Shown here: one piece after another, positions 1-9,304 of the stretch
How positions within the stretch are numbered: the first letter of the stretch is position 1
Layout of the letters: each line of letters starts with the position of its first letter
Origin: a bacterium
GTDB taxonomy: Bacteria; Hinthialibacterota; Hinthialibacteria; Hinthialibacterales; Hinthialibacteraceae
Assembly: GCA_963663405.2 (NCBI GenBank)
Contig: CAXXSM010000076.1
Location: forward strand, 96,001 to 160,000
Direction: 5' to 3'
DNA: 64,000 nt
Notes under the pieces: generated by a model
The model's input: the letters and a program-made list of their open reading frames with translations, nothing else
Told to the model about the DNA's origin: nothing
Databases searched by the model: none
Made by a program: the position numbers and the translations under genes

Positions 1-411
1 GCCAGCCCGGAAGAATTTCTGCCGGGGGCCGTCTACTAAAGTCGGATCGAAATACCCATACCGCATGCCGGTCTGCCCATCTTGATCGATATACACCTGG
101 AAGGGATCGTCCACCGATTCCGGATTGGTCAAATAAGAGGTCGGTGTGCTCAGCGCGTTAAAATATCGTGGACTCGTGTGCCCTCCCCATAAGTTATAAG
201 GAGGATAACCGTTTTGATCCAAATGATACGATTCAAGCGCCGTCGCCAGCGTCCGGAAATCACTCTCCACCCGCGCCACTTTCGCCCGGACCTGCGCGTT
301 AAGAAAGTTCGGAACCGCGATCGCCGCTAAGATTCCGATAATGGCGACAACGATGAGAAGCTCGATCAATGTAAATCCCTCCCACCGGGATTCCTGTATC
401 ATACCGTCCAT
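1..411 (-). CDS. Prepilin-type N-terminal cleavage/methylation domain protein (pilin-like paralog 1), runs off the left edge
   Basis: Not in the ORF track. Manual translation of the reverse strand from ATG 411 (or 402) gives MDGMIQESRWEG|FTLIELLIVVAIIGILAAIAVPNFLNAQVRAKVARVESDF...ALSTPTSYL..DDPF, open to position 1. Confidence 0.93.
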   Translation of the reverse strand, partial: MDGMIQESRWEGFTLIELLIVVAIIGILAAIAVPNFLNAQVRAKVARVESDFRTLATALESYHLDQNGYPPYNLWGGHTSPRYFNALSTPTSYLTNPESVDDPFQVYIDQDGQTGMRYGYFDPTLVDGPRQKFFRAG

Positions 412-591
412 CAGATCCCCATCCTTTACTATCCGATGTCTATCAACGGCTTCATAGTACAGGAATGACGAGGGACACGCAATAATATTTTGTAAAAAAA
501 CAGAATATCGTTGGCTGTATAAATAAGGTTCATATAGGGAGCATTAAAATCATTTTGGGAAATTGCGCTTTATGTTTAGGATGGCTTAATC

Positions 592-677
592 GTCTGAACC
601 ATGATTCTAAGGATTATAGGATTACCATGATTAAAAATCATAAAAATCATGATAATCAAGTAAATCAAGGTTCAGAC
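592..677. repeat. Palindromic MITE/REP-like element with ~9-nt internal periodicity
   Basis: Terminal inverted repeats GTCTGAACCATGATT ... AATCAAGGTTCAGAC enclose GGATT/TGATT and AATCA units. A related right half lies at ~20484-20531. Confidence 0.65.
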
Positions 678-910
678 AATGAAGAATCCCGCTTTGTTGC
701 GCAGGGCTTCAATATTTCACACAAAAAGTGAATGGATTGATAAAACACGTACTAACTTGCCGGAAAACCCAGAAAAAAACTGGATAAAAGATAATTGTTC
801 AGTAAACTGAAATTATCCTATACAATAACAACAGGCTCACGGGCGAATAGATTATCAATGAAACACTTATAATAAATGGAAATCATTGAATAACTTGTTA
901 ATATCAGAAA

Positions 911-1306
911 ATGAGATCGGTGTTTGTATATTTAAAAAATGTGGACAAGGCTAAAGTCGTCGTTGCGCTTGACAAGATATGTGATCAGCGTGGCGCACTG
1001 CTCGATGGATGGATCTGTCTGACGAAGGGAACTCCTGTTCTGTATGTTGATTTCTACACTGATCTCGAAATTGAATTTGAGCCCGATGATTGGACCCGGT
1101 TGATCGACTCCCTCGGATGCAAACCCAGTGTCTCCGTTACTGCCAATGTCTCCGGTCGACATAATGGCAGGCCGGAGGTTATCGCCTTCCTGAAGGCTCT
1201 TCTTGATAAATTCGAAGGAGTCGTTCAAGATGATTCTGAATCCATCTGGACAATGCAAGAAGTCCTAAGTGGGGACATAAAAGAGGGGAGAGGATTCTTT
1301 CGATGA
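911..1306 (+). CDS. Hypothetical protein (131 aa)
   Basis: ATG ORF with protein-like composition. No family recognised. Confidence 0.7.
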   Translation: MRSVFVYLKNVDKAKVVVALDKICDQRGALLDGWICLTKGTPVLYVDFYTDLEIEFEPDDWTRLIDSLGCKPSVSVTANVSGRHNGRPEVIAFLKALLDKFEGVVQDDSESIWTMQEVLSGDIKEGRGFFR

Positions 1307-1391
1307 AAGAAAACTACCAAACAAAGACTGCTTTTTATCGTCGCCTTCATTTCGAAACAAGAGCCCAGTCGTTAACCTATGAGAAAAATAA

Positions 1392-2267
1392 ATGAGTTAC
1401 GATCTTTTCTTCACAGAACCGAAAATCACGCTTAAACAATTCTTAGACTACTTTAGCGATAGGAACCACTATAGAGTCGAGAATTCTCAAGCATGTTATG
1501 AAAATGAGGATACAGGGGTGTACTTCTCTTTTGAATACTCGGATGAACAAGAGGGGGATCCAGAAGCGCCGAATGGTAATGTATCCTTCAATCTGAATTT
1601 TTTCCGGCCTCACTACTTCGCGTTAGAAGCGGAGCCGGAAGTGCAAAGCGTTGTGAATCACTTTGGCTTCAAGATTTTTGATCCCCAGTTCAATGGCATG
1701 GATGAGGGGCCGTACTCAAGGGATGGATTCCTCACTGGATGGAACCACGGGAACGAATTTGGATATAGTGCGATGTTAAACTCTGAGAAGCCTCTAGAGA
1801 TTATTCATTCTCGGTCCGGAGATGAGTTAGAGTCCATCTGGAAGTGGAATTACGCAAGAGAGAAAAATCAGAATACTTTCGGTGAATCCGTGTTTGTCCC
1901 TAAAATCATGTTCTTACAGATCGACGGGAACATTATGTCTGTCGCCGTCTGGCCAGACGCAATACCGGCGCTTATTCCAAAAGTTGATGCGCTTTTAATT
2001 CCACGACAGGAACTCGCTCCCCGCAGTCTCTTCAAAAAGCGGGATGATATATGCGTTGCGCCATTTGAGAGAGCGCTTCCCTTGCTGGAGCCTTTCAGGG
2101 CAAACGGTTACTCGCTGCCTGTGTTTGCCTTCTCCTATACTACCATACCCGCGAATGTAACTTCCTTCGTGAAAGGCCTGAAGCCGCATACAGGAGATAT
2201 AAAAGGCGTAGCGATGGATCAGGTTCTCAATCAGGAACTGATTGAAAAAGCAAGGGAAAAATTATAG
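1392..2267 (+). CDS. Hypothetical protein (291 aa)
   Basis: Long ATG ORF beginning MSYDLFF, rich in aromatic and acidic residues. No function assignable. Confidence 0.8.
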   Translation: MSYDLFFTEPKITLKQFLDYFSDRNHYRVENSQACYENEDTGVYFSFEYSDEQEGDPEAPNGNVSFNLNFFRPHYFALEAEPEVQSVVNHFGFKIFDPQFNGMDEGPYSRDGFLTGWNHGNEFGYSAMLNSEKPLEIIHSRSGDELESIWKWNYAREKNQNTFGESVFVPKIMFLQIDGNIMSVAVWPDAIPALIPKVDALLIPRQELAPRSLFKKRDDICVAPFERALPLLEPFRANGYSLPVFAFSYTTIPANVTSFVKGLKPHTGDIKGVAMDQVLNQELIEKAREKL

Positions 2268-2310
2268 TTTCACATAGTTTCTTATAACGAATAAAATCCC
2301 CCACCAAATG

Positions 2311-2367
2311 AAAAAACCCCCACCAGACATCAATCCGTTCGCCGGATTGATGACCATGAAGGAGGTT
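2311..2367 (-). terminator. Probable intrinsic terminator after the HU gene
   Basis: Hairpin CATCAATCCG/CGGATTGATG with outer pairing and a T-run on the minus strand. Confidence 0.45.
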
Positions 2368-2442
2368 CATTAATACCCTACGTGAACATACGCTGAGAAG
2401 CGCGTTGACAACAAGCGGATCCGAACAGCAGGAAACGATTCG

Positions 2443-2823
2443 TTATGACGTTCCCAATATCGCATCCTTGCACGCTTTGGCGACCCGAAATTTGACGACC
2501 GTTTTCGCCGGGATCTTGATCTGTTCGCCGGTCGCGGGGTTGCGGCCTGTCCGGGCTTTGCGTTTAACGAGAACCAATTTGCCGAATCCAGGAAGAGTAA
2601 ATCCTTTTTTCGCCTCTTTGTACCCTACAGCCGCCAACTCATCCAGCATCGACTTCACTTGCACTTTCGTCAGCTCGCACTTCTCCGCCAATTGAGTGAT
2701 CAATTGGGTCTTGGTCATGGGTTTTTTTGTGGTGGCGGCGGCGGTAGTGGTGGTTTTTTTCGCCGCCGTTTTCTTGGCTGTGGTTTTCTTCGTTGCGGTT
2801 TTCTTTGCCGCGGCTTTCTTCAT
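2443..2823 (-). CDS. hup: HU family DNA-binding protein with Lys/Ala/Thr-rich N-terminal tail
   Basis: HU signature LPGFGKL..VKRKARTGRNPATGEQIKIPAK.VVKFR. AGGAGAGG SD upstream. Confidence 0.93.
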   Translation of the reverse strand: MKKAAAKKTATKKTTAKKTAAKKTTTTAAATTKKPMTKTQLITQLAEKCELTKVQVKSMLDELAAVGYKEAKKGFTLPGFGKLVLVKRKARTGRNPATGEQIKIPAKTVVKFRVAKACKDAILGTS

Positions 2824-2969
2824 GACGCCTCTCCTTCTAGGGGGTTAATATTAAATTATTTCGAATGTAATTTAACGATTTTTTGAATTCCGTCAAGCAA
2901 AAAAATTGTAAAAATGCTATTTTTCTTCGGTTTTTAAGGGATTTTTGGGGATCGGCGGCTAAAAAGGCC

Positions 2970-4337
2970 CTATTTTAGGGGATTTTCGCGTAAAGTTCGG
3001 TTCAGATTCGCTATTTCGCGCTTAAAATCTTGGTACTCTTCATACGTAAATCGGCGCGAACGCCAAGGGGTCAACGAATTATTCTGCAGGAGCGGATCCG
3101 CCGTTGGATCGAACTGAAAACCGGAATCCGCTTCGGTGTATAATGGCGTGCCCGGCACGGGAGAATACATCGCTAATTTGATCTCACTGCCCGCTTTCGC
3201 TACGGTGTGGGACGCTTCCCGCACCGATGTGAGACTCTGCCATTCAAGACCGAGTAAAAGATACGTTCCCACTTCCCGCGCGGTGAATCCAGCCTGACGC
3301 AGATGACTCATCGCCTGTATATATTCTTCTGTACGCACTTTCCCCCCCGTGGAATGCTGCCACTCTTCCCGCGTCAATTCCAGACCAAGCCGGATCGTTG
3401 TGAATCCCGCCCGCTTCATAAGCTGGGCGGTGGGCAAGTCGATCTGCCGCACATGAAGCGCGTTCGGAGTGTGAAAACGCAGTTTTACATCCCGGCGCAG
3501 CAATTCTTCAAGCAAGGGAAGAATCCGGCGTTCTTTATCGATTAGAAGCGCGTCATCAAAAAAAGCCACATCGCTCCCGCCGTACTGTTTATCAATCCGT
3601 TCAATCGAATCCGCTGCCCTGCGCCAATCGTACTGGATGAATCGCGGCCATAACGAATGAGTCGCGCAGTACGTGCATCGGCAGGGACAGCCCACGGAGG
3701 TCAACACAGGATAGCAGGTTTCCCCCATTAGCCAATCATAGGCCGGTTCAATCCAATCCGTCCGATCCCCCAGTGAATCATTCTCACGCCATCCTCCCAG
3801 CGTAAGAATCTCGCGTGTAATCCCCGGCCAATCCTCCCCCACCACAACAGCGTCCGCCCCGGAATGCGCCTCCGCGTGCTCTCGGCATAACGCCGCGTAA
3901 ACGCCCCCCAAAACAACGATCGTCTTCGGAAACAACCGTCGCAGCATCCGGATCGCTTCAAACGCGCCGATATACCAATACGTCATCATACAGGGAACAA
4001 CTGCGATATCCGGTGAAGGAAATTCCTGCAAACGGTTCTCAACACGATCGAATGGAATCCCATACCGTTTGTATTTCCGTGGAATCTGTTTTAGCACATC
4101 TGGCAGGGGAATCTCTTCCCGGTAGTAATGACCGCAGCCATACGGATTGAGCCGGTGACGTGGAATGCGGGTAACGCCTTCCAAATCAGGCGACCGCCGG
4201 TCAAGACAATCATAAAAGTCCGTTTCCACTCCACATTGACGTAACAACGAAGCGAGTCGCAGCAAATTCAAAGGCCGCGTCCAATGATCGAACGCGGCGA
4301 AATCCGTAATCCATGGATTAAACAGAAGAACCCGCAT
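2970..4337 (-). CDS. B12-binding domain radical SAM protein
   Basis: CxxxCxxC motif (GCPCRCTYC), N-terminal cobalamin-binding-like region (VLGGVYA), FDDALL and PVPGTPLY motifs. Confidence 0.88.
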   Translation of the reverse strand: MRVLLFNPWITDFAAFDHWTRPLNLLRLASLLRQCGVETDFYDCLDRRSPDLEGVTRIPRHRLNPYGCGHYYREEIPLPDVLKQIPRKYKRYGIPFDRVENRLQEFPSPDIAVVPCMMTYWYIGAFEAIRMLRRLFPKTIVVLGGVYAALCREHAEAHSGADAVVVGEDWPGITREILTLGGWRENDSLGDRTDWIEPAYDWLMGETCYPVLTSVGCPCRCTYCATHSLWPRFIQYDWRRAADSIERIDKQYGGSDVAFFDDALLIDKERRILPLLEELLRRDVKLRFHTPNALHVRQIDLPTAQLMKRAGFTTIRLGLELTREEWQHSTGGKVRTEEYIQAMSHLRQAGFTAREVGTYLLLGLEWQSLTSVREASHTVAKAGSEIKLAMYSPVPGTPLYTEADSGFQFDPTADPLLQNNSLTPWRSRRFTYEEYQDFKREIANLNRTLRENPLK

Positions 4338-4474
4338 GATAAAAAAACAAAAACCTTAATCAAACCAATATAAGATATAGTATACTGCCATACAACTTTG
4401 ATCATAACGAGAAGACCAAATGCGTAGACGCTAAAGATAATGTTATTGCGCCAGTGGTTTGACGAGCATACCAT

Positions 4475-6313
4475 ATGTCCATATACGAAGACAATATAAG
4501 ACGCCTTCGCCGAATCAATCCCAATCTCGCCGCCCGTGTGGAGGGACAAACAGCCGACGCGTCTGTTCTCATTCAACCGACAAAAACCAAGGCTCCAACG
4601 CTACTGGTTCAACAAAACGGAAAAACTTGCGCGTTGCATCACCCCACCGATCCATTAACGCATTGTCATGAATTTTATACTTCGCTGGATGGTGTCAATG
4701 AAGCGCGGAACATACTCATTCTCGGATGCGGCCTAGGCTATTTCCCTTTGCTGCTGATTCAAAAACACCCGGCTCTGAGACGTCTCTTCATTCTTGAACC
4801 GTCATTGTCTGTCTTTCGCGCCGCATTGAGAGCAGTCGATTTAACGCCGTTGATGAACCACCCCGCCGTAACATTTATAGTGGGATATGAACCGGGGCGC
4901 GTGGCCGAATCGCTCCGCCCGTTTGTCACGGATTTCATGGCGAATCAACTCTTGTTGATTGATACGCCTTCCATCACATCCACCTTTCCCGAATGGACAA
5001 AGGCCGTCCGGCGTGAAATCCAGGAAACGCTCCAATTTGGACAGAGCGGACTCCTGGTCAAATTCAAAGACGGTCCGCTTACCCTTGCGAACCTCATACA
5101 AAACTTGGATGCGCTGGCGTCGAGTCCAGGATTGAGCGCCATTGGCCCCGTGTTTAAAAACATCCCGGCCATCATTGTCGCCGCCGGTCCTTCCCTTCGA
5201 AAAAACATCCGCCAACTGAAGGACGCCCAAAAGCATTTTCTCATCATCGCAAGTGACACCGCCTATATCCCCCTTCGAAACCACGGTATCACACCCCATC
5301 TCGTCGCCACCGTCGATCCAACAGAACTGAATGTCAAACATTTCCCTAATCCCCAATACGGCCCGGAAAGCATCTTACTGATCGATCCCGAAGCGCGTCC
5401 AGAGATCGTTGCGAAATTTCCAAACCGGATCGCGTATACCACGGATAAGCATCCGTTCTTCCATTGGCTTGATCGAAAACTGGGAGGGAAGGGAATCATC
5501 CCGAAAGGAAATATGGTTTCACAGGCGGGATTCTATGTAGCCCGCGCTCTCGGTTGTCAACCGATTATTCTCGTGGGGCAGGATCTGGCGTTGGATACAG
5601 AAAATGGAGCCACGCATTTTCATGACGCGGCGCTCAACCGGTCCGTTCAATATTTGGAAAAAGACCAAAATCATGTGCATATCAATATCCCTGGAGAAAC
5701 GTCTCGAACCACGAAAGAGCCGGTCTACTGGGTTGAAGGCATAGACGGCGCCCCTGTGCCCACCGTTCAAAATTTTCTGATTTACCTGCGTATGCTCGAA
5801 GAAGATATCCGCAAAACAGAGATTCCCGTCATCGACGCCACTGAAGGCGGCGCAAAAATCGAAGGAACTCACATCCAGACTCTCCAAGAAACCATCCAGA
5901 AGGAACGAAGAGAGAACGTGGATGTTCCCTCCATCCTGAGATCTCTACAAATCCGCTTGGCGCCGCTGAATCCATCCGCAGGCGCCGAATTGAAACAAAT
6001 ACTCAAAACCACGTTCCAAACCCGTGTCGAAATCGCGGAGCAAGGCCTGCAAATGCTGGGAAAAATGAGAAATGCGGAAAGCCCCACTCCCCTGAAAAAA
6101 ATCGAAGCCCAAATCGAACACTACCGCACCCGGATTTTCAACGATCCCATTGCGGAATATCTCATCGAATACAGCGCCCCAAAAGAACTCTTCGAATTCC
6201 TTAAACTAGGCCCCGCAAACGCCTCACAAGCAGAACAAAGACAAATCCTCTACACCCGCCTCAAAGCCCTCCTCCAAGCAACCTTAATGGCCTCCAAACG
6301 GCTGACTCTTTAA
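4475..6313 (+). CDS. Motility-associated factor (MAF/DUF115) family glycosyltransferase-like protein
   Basis: ILGCGLGY, PAIIVAAGPSL, GITPHLVATVDP, GCQPIILVGQDLA and IDATEGGAKIEG motifs typical of the MAF/DUF115 family. Confidence 0.85.
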   Translation: MSIYEDNIRRLRRINPNLAARVEGQTADASVLIQPTKTKAPTLLVQQNGKTCALHHPTDPLTHCHEFYTSLDGVNEARNILILGCGLGYFPLLLIQKHPALRRLFILEPSLSVFRAALRAVDLTPLMNHPAVTFIVGYEPGRVAESLRPFVTDFMANQLLLIDTPSITSTFPEWTKAVRREIQETLQFGQSGLLVKFKDGPLTLANLIQNLDALASSPGLSAIGPVFKNIPAIIVAAGPSLRKNIRQLKDAQKHFLIIASDTAYIPLRNHGITPHLVATVDPTELNVKHFPNPQYGPESILLIDPEARPEIVAKFPNRIAYTTDKHPFFHWLDRKLGGKGIIPKGNMVSQAGFYVARALGCQPIILVGQDLALDTENGATHFHDAALNRSVQYLEKDQNHVHINIPGETSRTTKEPVYWVEGIDGAPVPTVQNFLIYLRMLEEDIRKTEIPVIDATEGGAKIEGTHIQTLQETIQKERRENVDVPSILRSLQIRLAPLNPSAGAELKQILKTTFQTRVEIAEQGLQMLGKMRNAESPTPLKKIEAQIEHYRTRIFNDPIAEYLIEYSAPKELFEFLKLGPANASQAEQRQILYTRLKALLQATLMASKRLTL

Positions 6314-6344
6314 TGGAGCGAGGAATCCTAGAACAATAATCGAT

Positions 6345-6385
6345 GGGCGCCCAGGGCAAGGCGTTTTTCTATCTTGGCCTAAATC
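6345..6385 (+). repeat. REP-like family A copy
   Basis: GGGCGCCCAGGGCAAGGCGTTTTTCTATCTTGGCCTAAATC, which matches the copies at 9213, 9866, 13400 and 13482. Confidence 0.75.
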
Positions 6386-6416
6386 AACAAAGTCTATTGA
6401 TAATCCTAATATAATA

Positions 6417-6698
6417 TTATTTCCGAACGGCAATCCTCAAAGTCAATCCTATAGCATTTAGTATTTCTTGCGCGTTATATAAATAGGGATTGTTAGTACT
6501 TGTGAAGATATTGCGGCTTTTAGAATCGGCTTGCGAAAACGTGGATATTTCACCTCGCGCTTGGACGACATTGCGCAATGCGGAAAGGAATACTTCCAAA
6601 TCCCCATCTTCTAAAGCCGCGTTCAGATACCCCACCGCCTCTTCGGGATCTTTCAGGGATTCTATCAGATACTTATCATAATCGATCGTTTTAGTCAT
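6417..6698 (-). CDS. Addiction-module antidote (HigA-like antitoxin), HTH region degenerate
   Basis: YLIESLKDPEEAVGYLNAALEDGD..FL.ALRNV..ARG..NP..IL.AIGL.L. Start overlaps the toxin stop (ATGACTAA). Confidence 0.75.
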   Translation of the reverse strand: MTKTIDYDKYLIESLKDPEEAVGYLNAALEDGDLEVFLSALRNVVQARGEISTFSQADSKSRNIFTSTNNPYLYNAQEILNAIGLTLRIAVRK

Positions 6699-6882
6699 TT
6701 CTATATTGCTCCCAATATTCCTTGGCATTCTTTATATCACGTTTTTGTGTTTTTTTCTCTCCCCCACATAATAAAAGAATAATCTCCTTTTCTTTCATTG
6801 CAAAATAGATACGGTACCCAGGTCCGTAGTGAATACGAAACTCAAATACGCCGTCTCCAATCTCTTCTCTAAGCAACCGCAA
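6691..6882 (-). pseudogene. Truncated RelE/HigB-type addiction-module killer toxin
   Basis: C-terminal half IGDGVFEFRIHYGPGYRIYF...LLLCGG.K.TQ.RDI..AK.YW is present. The usual N-terminal ~35 aa are missing. Confidence 0.7.
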
Positions 6883-7027
6883 CGTATTCCTCGATGAAGT
6901 TGTTTTACCAAAAACCGTGATTTAATTTGATTTTAAGGTAACATTCAATAAATGTAGATTGAATCCTGCATGAATTGCGCTAGATTTGAAAACGGATTAC
7001 TATATTTTTCAAAACTTAAAGGAGAGC

Positions 7028-8038
7028 ATGATGAAAACAATCTTTCGATTAGGTGTTCTTGTCTTACTTATTCCCATCGTAACAAGCGCGTGGAGTAATC
7101 CAAGTGATATTGTCTGGACGGACGATGTGGAGAATAATCCCGTCATTGGCAGTCCAGGTTTTGGTGACAACCGGGCTTATTATGGTCAGGTTATCTTCGA
7201 TCCGATTGCGAACATCTGGCGCGCATGGTATGACTCCAGCAGTGGTTACGATGTTGGCTACGCTGAATCAACGGATTCAGAGGGAATCAACTGGACGAAC
7301 TACGCGCCGGTTACTGGTTTTACTACTTCGCGTCAAAGCAAAGCGGTTGTTCTGCAAATTGAAGATTCTCTCTTTAGAATGTGGTACATGGCTGACGAGC
7401 GCGACCAGGGATACAGCGTCTACACCGCCGTGTCAAGTGATGGAATCAATTGGGGAGACGATCAAATCATTGAAGGGATCGTGTACGACAACCTTGGTTC
7501 TTCGCAATGGGGACCCGTTGAACGTATCGCGGTGACACAGTTGGAAGATGGAACATTCACAGCGTATTGCCGCTGCGAAGAACCCTTTCTCGACGCCGCT
7601 CTGGAGTGGTTTGATCAAGGTAAAAAATTGTTTCGCTATACCTCAGAAGATGGAATCAACTGGACCTGGGGCGGGTATACCGGCGTCAATGAAATCGAAG
7701 GATTCGAAAGTTTGGAATTTTCCTCCGTCGTGAAACATCCAGACATTGAGGATGTTTGGTACGCCTGGGGAAGCATGGCGAACAGCGAGCGTCCGATTTA
7801 TTCATTTGTTTCAACGGACGATGGCTTGACCTTTGAATTGGATGAAGATCCCGTCGCCAATGTCGGCGATTATCAAACACAGCCCTACAACCAAAACCGC
7901 AATTTCCACGCAAGCGTCACCTACTTAGGAAACGGCGAATGGGTCATGTTCCGGTCGACCGCGGATCCCAAAACCACATCTCGCGCGACGGGTATTGAAG
8001 AAATCTCCAGTCCAATAGATCATTGGTATCTCTATTGA
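7028..8038 (+). CDS. Secreted beta-propeller glycoside-hydrolase-like protein with C-terminal W-motif
   Basis: AAGGAG SD, signal peptide, repeated S.DGINW blade motifs (GH43/32/130-like fold). Ends SSPIDHWYLY. Confidence 0.8.
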   Translation: MMKTIFRLGVLVLLIPIVTSAWSNPSDIVWTDDVENNPVIGSPGFGDNRAYYGQVIFDPIANIWRAWYDSSSGYDVGYAESTDSEGINWTNYAPVTGFTTSRQSKAVVLQIEDSLFRMWYMADERDQGYSVYTAVSSDGINWGDDQIIEGIVYDNLGSSQWGPVERIAVTQLEDGTFTAYCRCEEPFLDAALEWFDQGKKLFRYTSEDGINWTWGGYTGVNEIEGFESLEFSSVVKHPDIEDVWYAWGSMANSERPIYSFVSTDDGLTFELDEDPVANVGDYQTQPYNQNRNFHASVTYLGNGEWVMFRSTADPKTTSRATGIEEISSPIDHWYLY

Positions 8039-8058
8039 TAGGCTTCATCGACGACGCG

Positions 8059-8099
8059 AACGGGATTGATTCGAGACGAATCAATCCCGTTTTTCTTTT
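8059..8099 (+). terminator. Rho-independent terminator
   Basis: Perfect 15-bp stem AACGGGATTGATTCG-AGA-CGAATCAATCCCGTT followed by TTTCTTTT. Confidence 0.9.
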
Positions 8100-8229
8100 C
8101 TGATCGTACGCCAAGTAACCTCGAAGATATCTTTATCGAAATCAAGCAAAGCCGAATTTCCGAAAGGGAATATCATCACAGGATTGTATGAGAAAGAAGG
8201 AGTGAGAAGAAGACTTGGATTCGGCGAAA

Positions 8230-8976
8230 TTATTTGGATTTACCTAAATTGGCTTGTTTGATTTTTTCTCGGGCCTTCTGGTAGCACTCAGGACAGTAGC
8301 CGTGAGTGAAATTCGCATCGCTATGATTTCTCACATAGGCCTCGACTTGATGCCAGTGATCCTCATCATCCCGGATCTTTTTACATACCACACAGATGGG
8401 CAGCAGTCCTCGCAGTGTCTTCACTTCTGATAACGCTTGTTTGAGTGACGTGGTTTTCTCGTTCAGAAGGTCAATATACCGGCTGTTGACCAACGCGACG
8501 GACGCCAATTCACCAAATACAGACGCGATATCGGCGTCTTCATCCGTAAAATCGGATGGCTTGTTGGCCAATCCAATAATTCCCACTGTCTTTCCCTCGA
8601 GATTCAAGGGGGCGAACAACACGTTTTGCATGACCACATGCCCCTCCGGCATGTATTGCGCCCATTGGCTGTTCATAAAATCATTTTCGTACACAGCCTT
8701 GTGTGTTTCATAGGAGACGGCGCGCAGTCCCCGAATGGGCATGGGGAGTTCCGGATCCACTGAACAGGGCATTCCACCAGCTTCTAGAAAAAGCACTTCA
8801 TTTTCGTGACCGTCTTTACTTAATAACGCTACATACCCAGAGACGGCGCCGGTTAATTTCCGGCAGAGATCAAATATCGCGCGCGCCGATTCAGCAAACT
8901 CCTTCTTCTCCAAAATCGCCCGGGCGCCGTGGATGACGGCGGCTAGCTTCATTTCCATAGATGAGGTTTCAACCAT
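8230..8976 (-). CDS. GAF domain protein with C-terminal Cys-rich (putative Zn-binding) tail
   Basis: GAF motifs (NVLFAPL..EGKTVGIIGLANKPSDFT) followed by LPICVVCKKIRDD...THGYCPEC. Confidence 0.85.
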   Translation of the reverse strand: MVETSSMEMKLAAVIHGARAILEKKEFAESARAIFDLCRKLTGAVSGYVALLSKDGHENEVLFLEAGGMPCSVDPELPMPIRGLRAVSYETHKAVYENDFMNSQWAQYMPEGHVVMQNVLFAPLNLEGKTVGIIGLANKPSDFTDEDADIASVFGELASVALVNSRYIDLLNEKTTSLKQALSEVKTLRGLLPICVVCKKIRDDEDHWHQVEAYVRNHSDANFTHGYCPECYQKAREKIKQANLGKSK

Positions 8977-9212
8977 GATTTGATATCCCCTGTACGAAAT
9001 TTGTCATAATACATTCAATAGTAATAATTCGTCTTCTGAAAGATATCAAAAAAATACTCAGAACGAGATAACCGATAACATTAAATACAATCCAAAATCG
9101 AAGATGAAGATGAATATGAACATAAGATCATATTACATTCTCTTTTATTCATTATACAAGCAACGAGAACAGTGTGTTATAGGGATTGATTGCGTCCGGT
9201 TGGTTCAAACCA

Positions 9213-9240
9213 GCGGATACCCAGGGTAAGGCTTTTTTTA
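9213..9240 (+). repeat. REP-like family A copy (partial)
   Basis: GCGGATACCCAGGGTAAGGCTTTTTTTA. Confidence 0.6.
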
Positions 9241-9304
9241 TGAATAGGTACAGAAATCCGGTATGCTTTTCACCAGGTGAGAGTCTCAGCACAGTGACGA
9301 TTCT

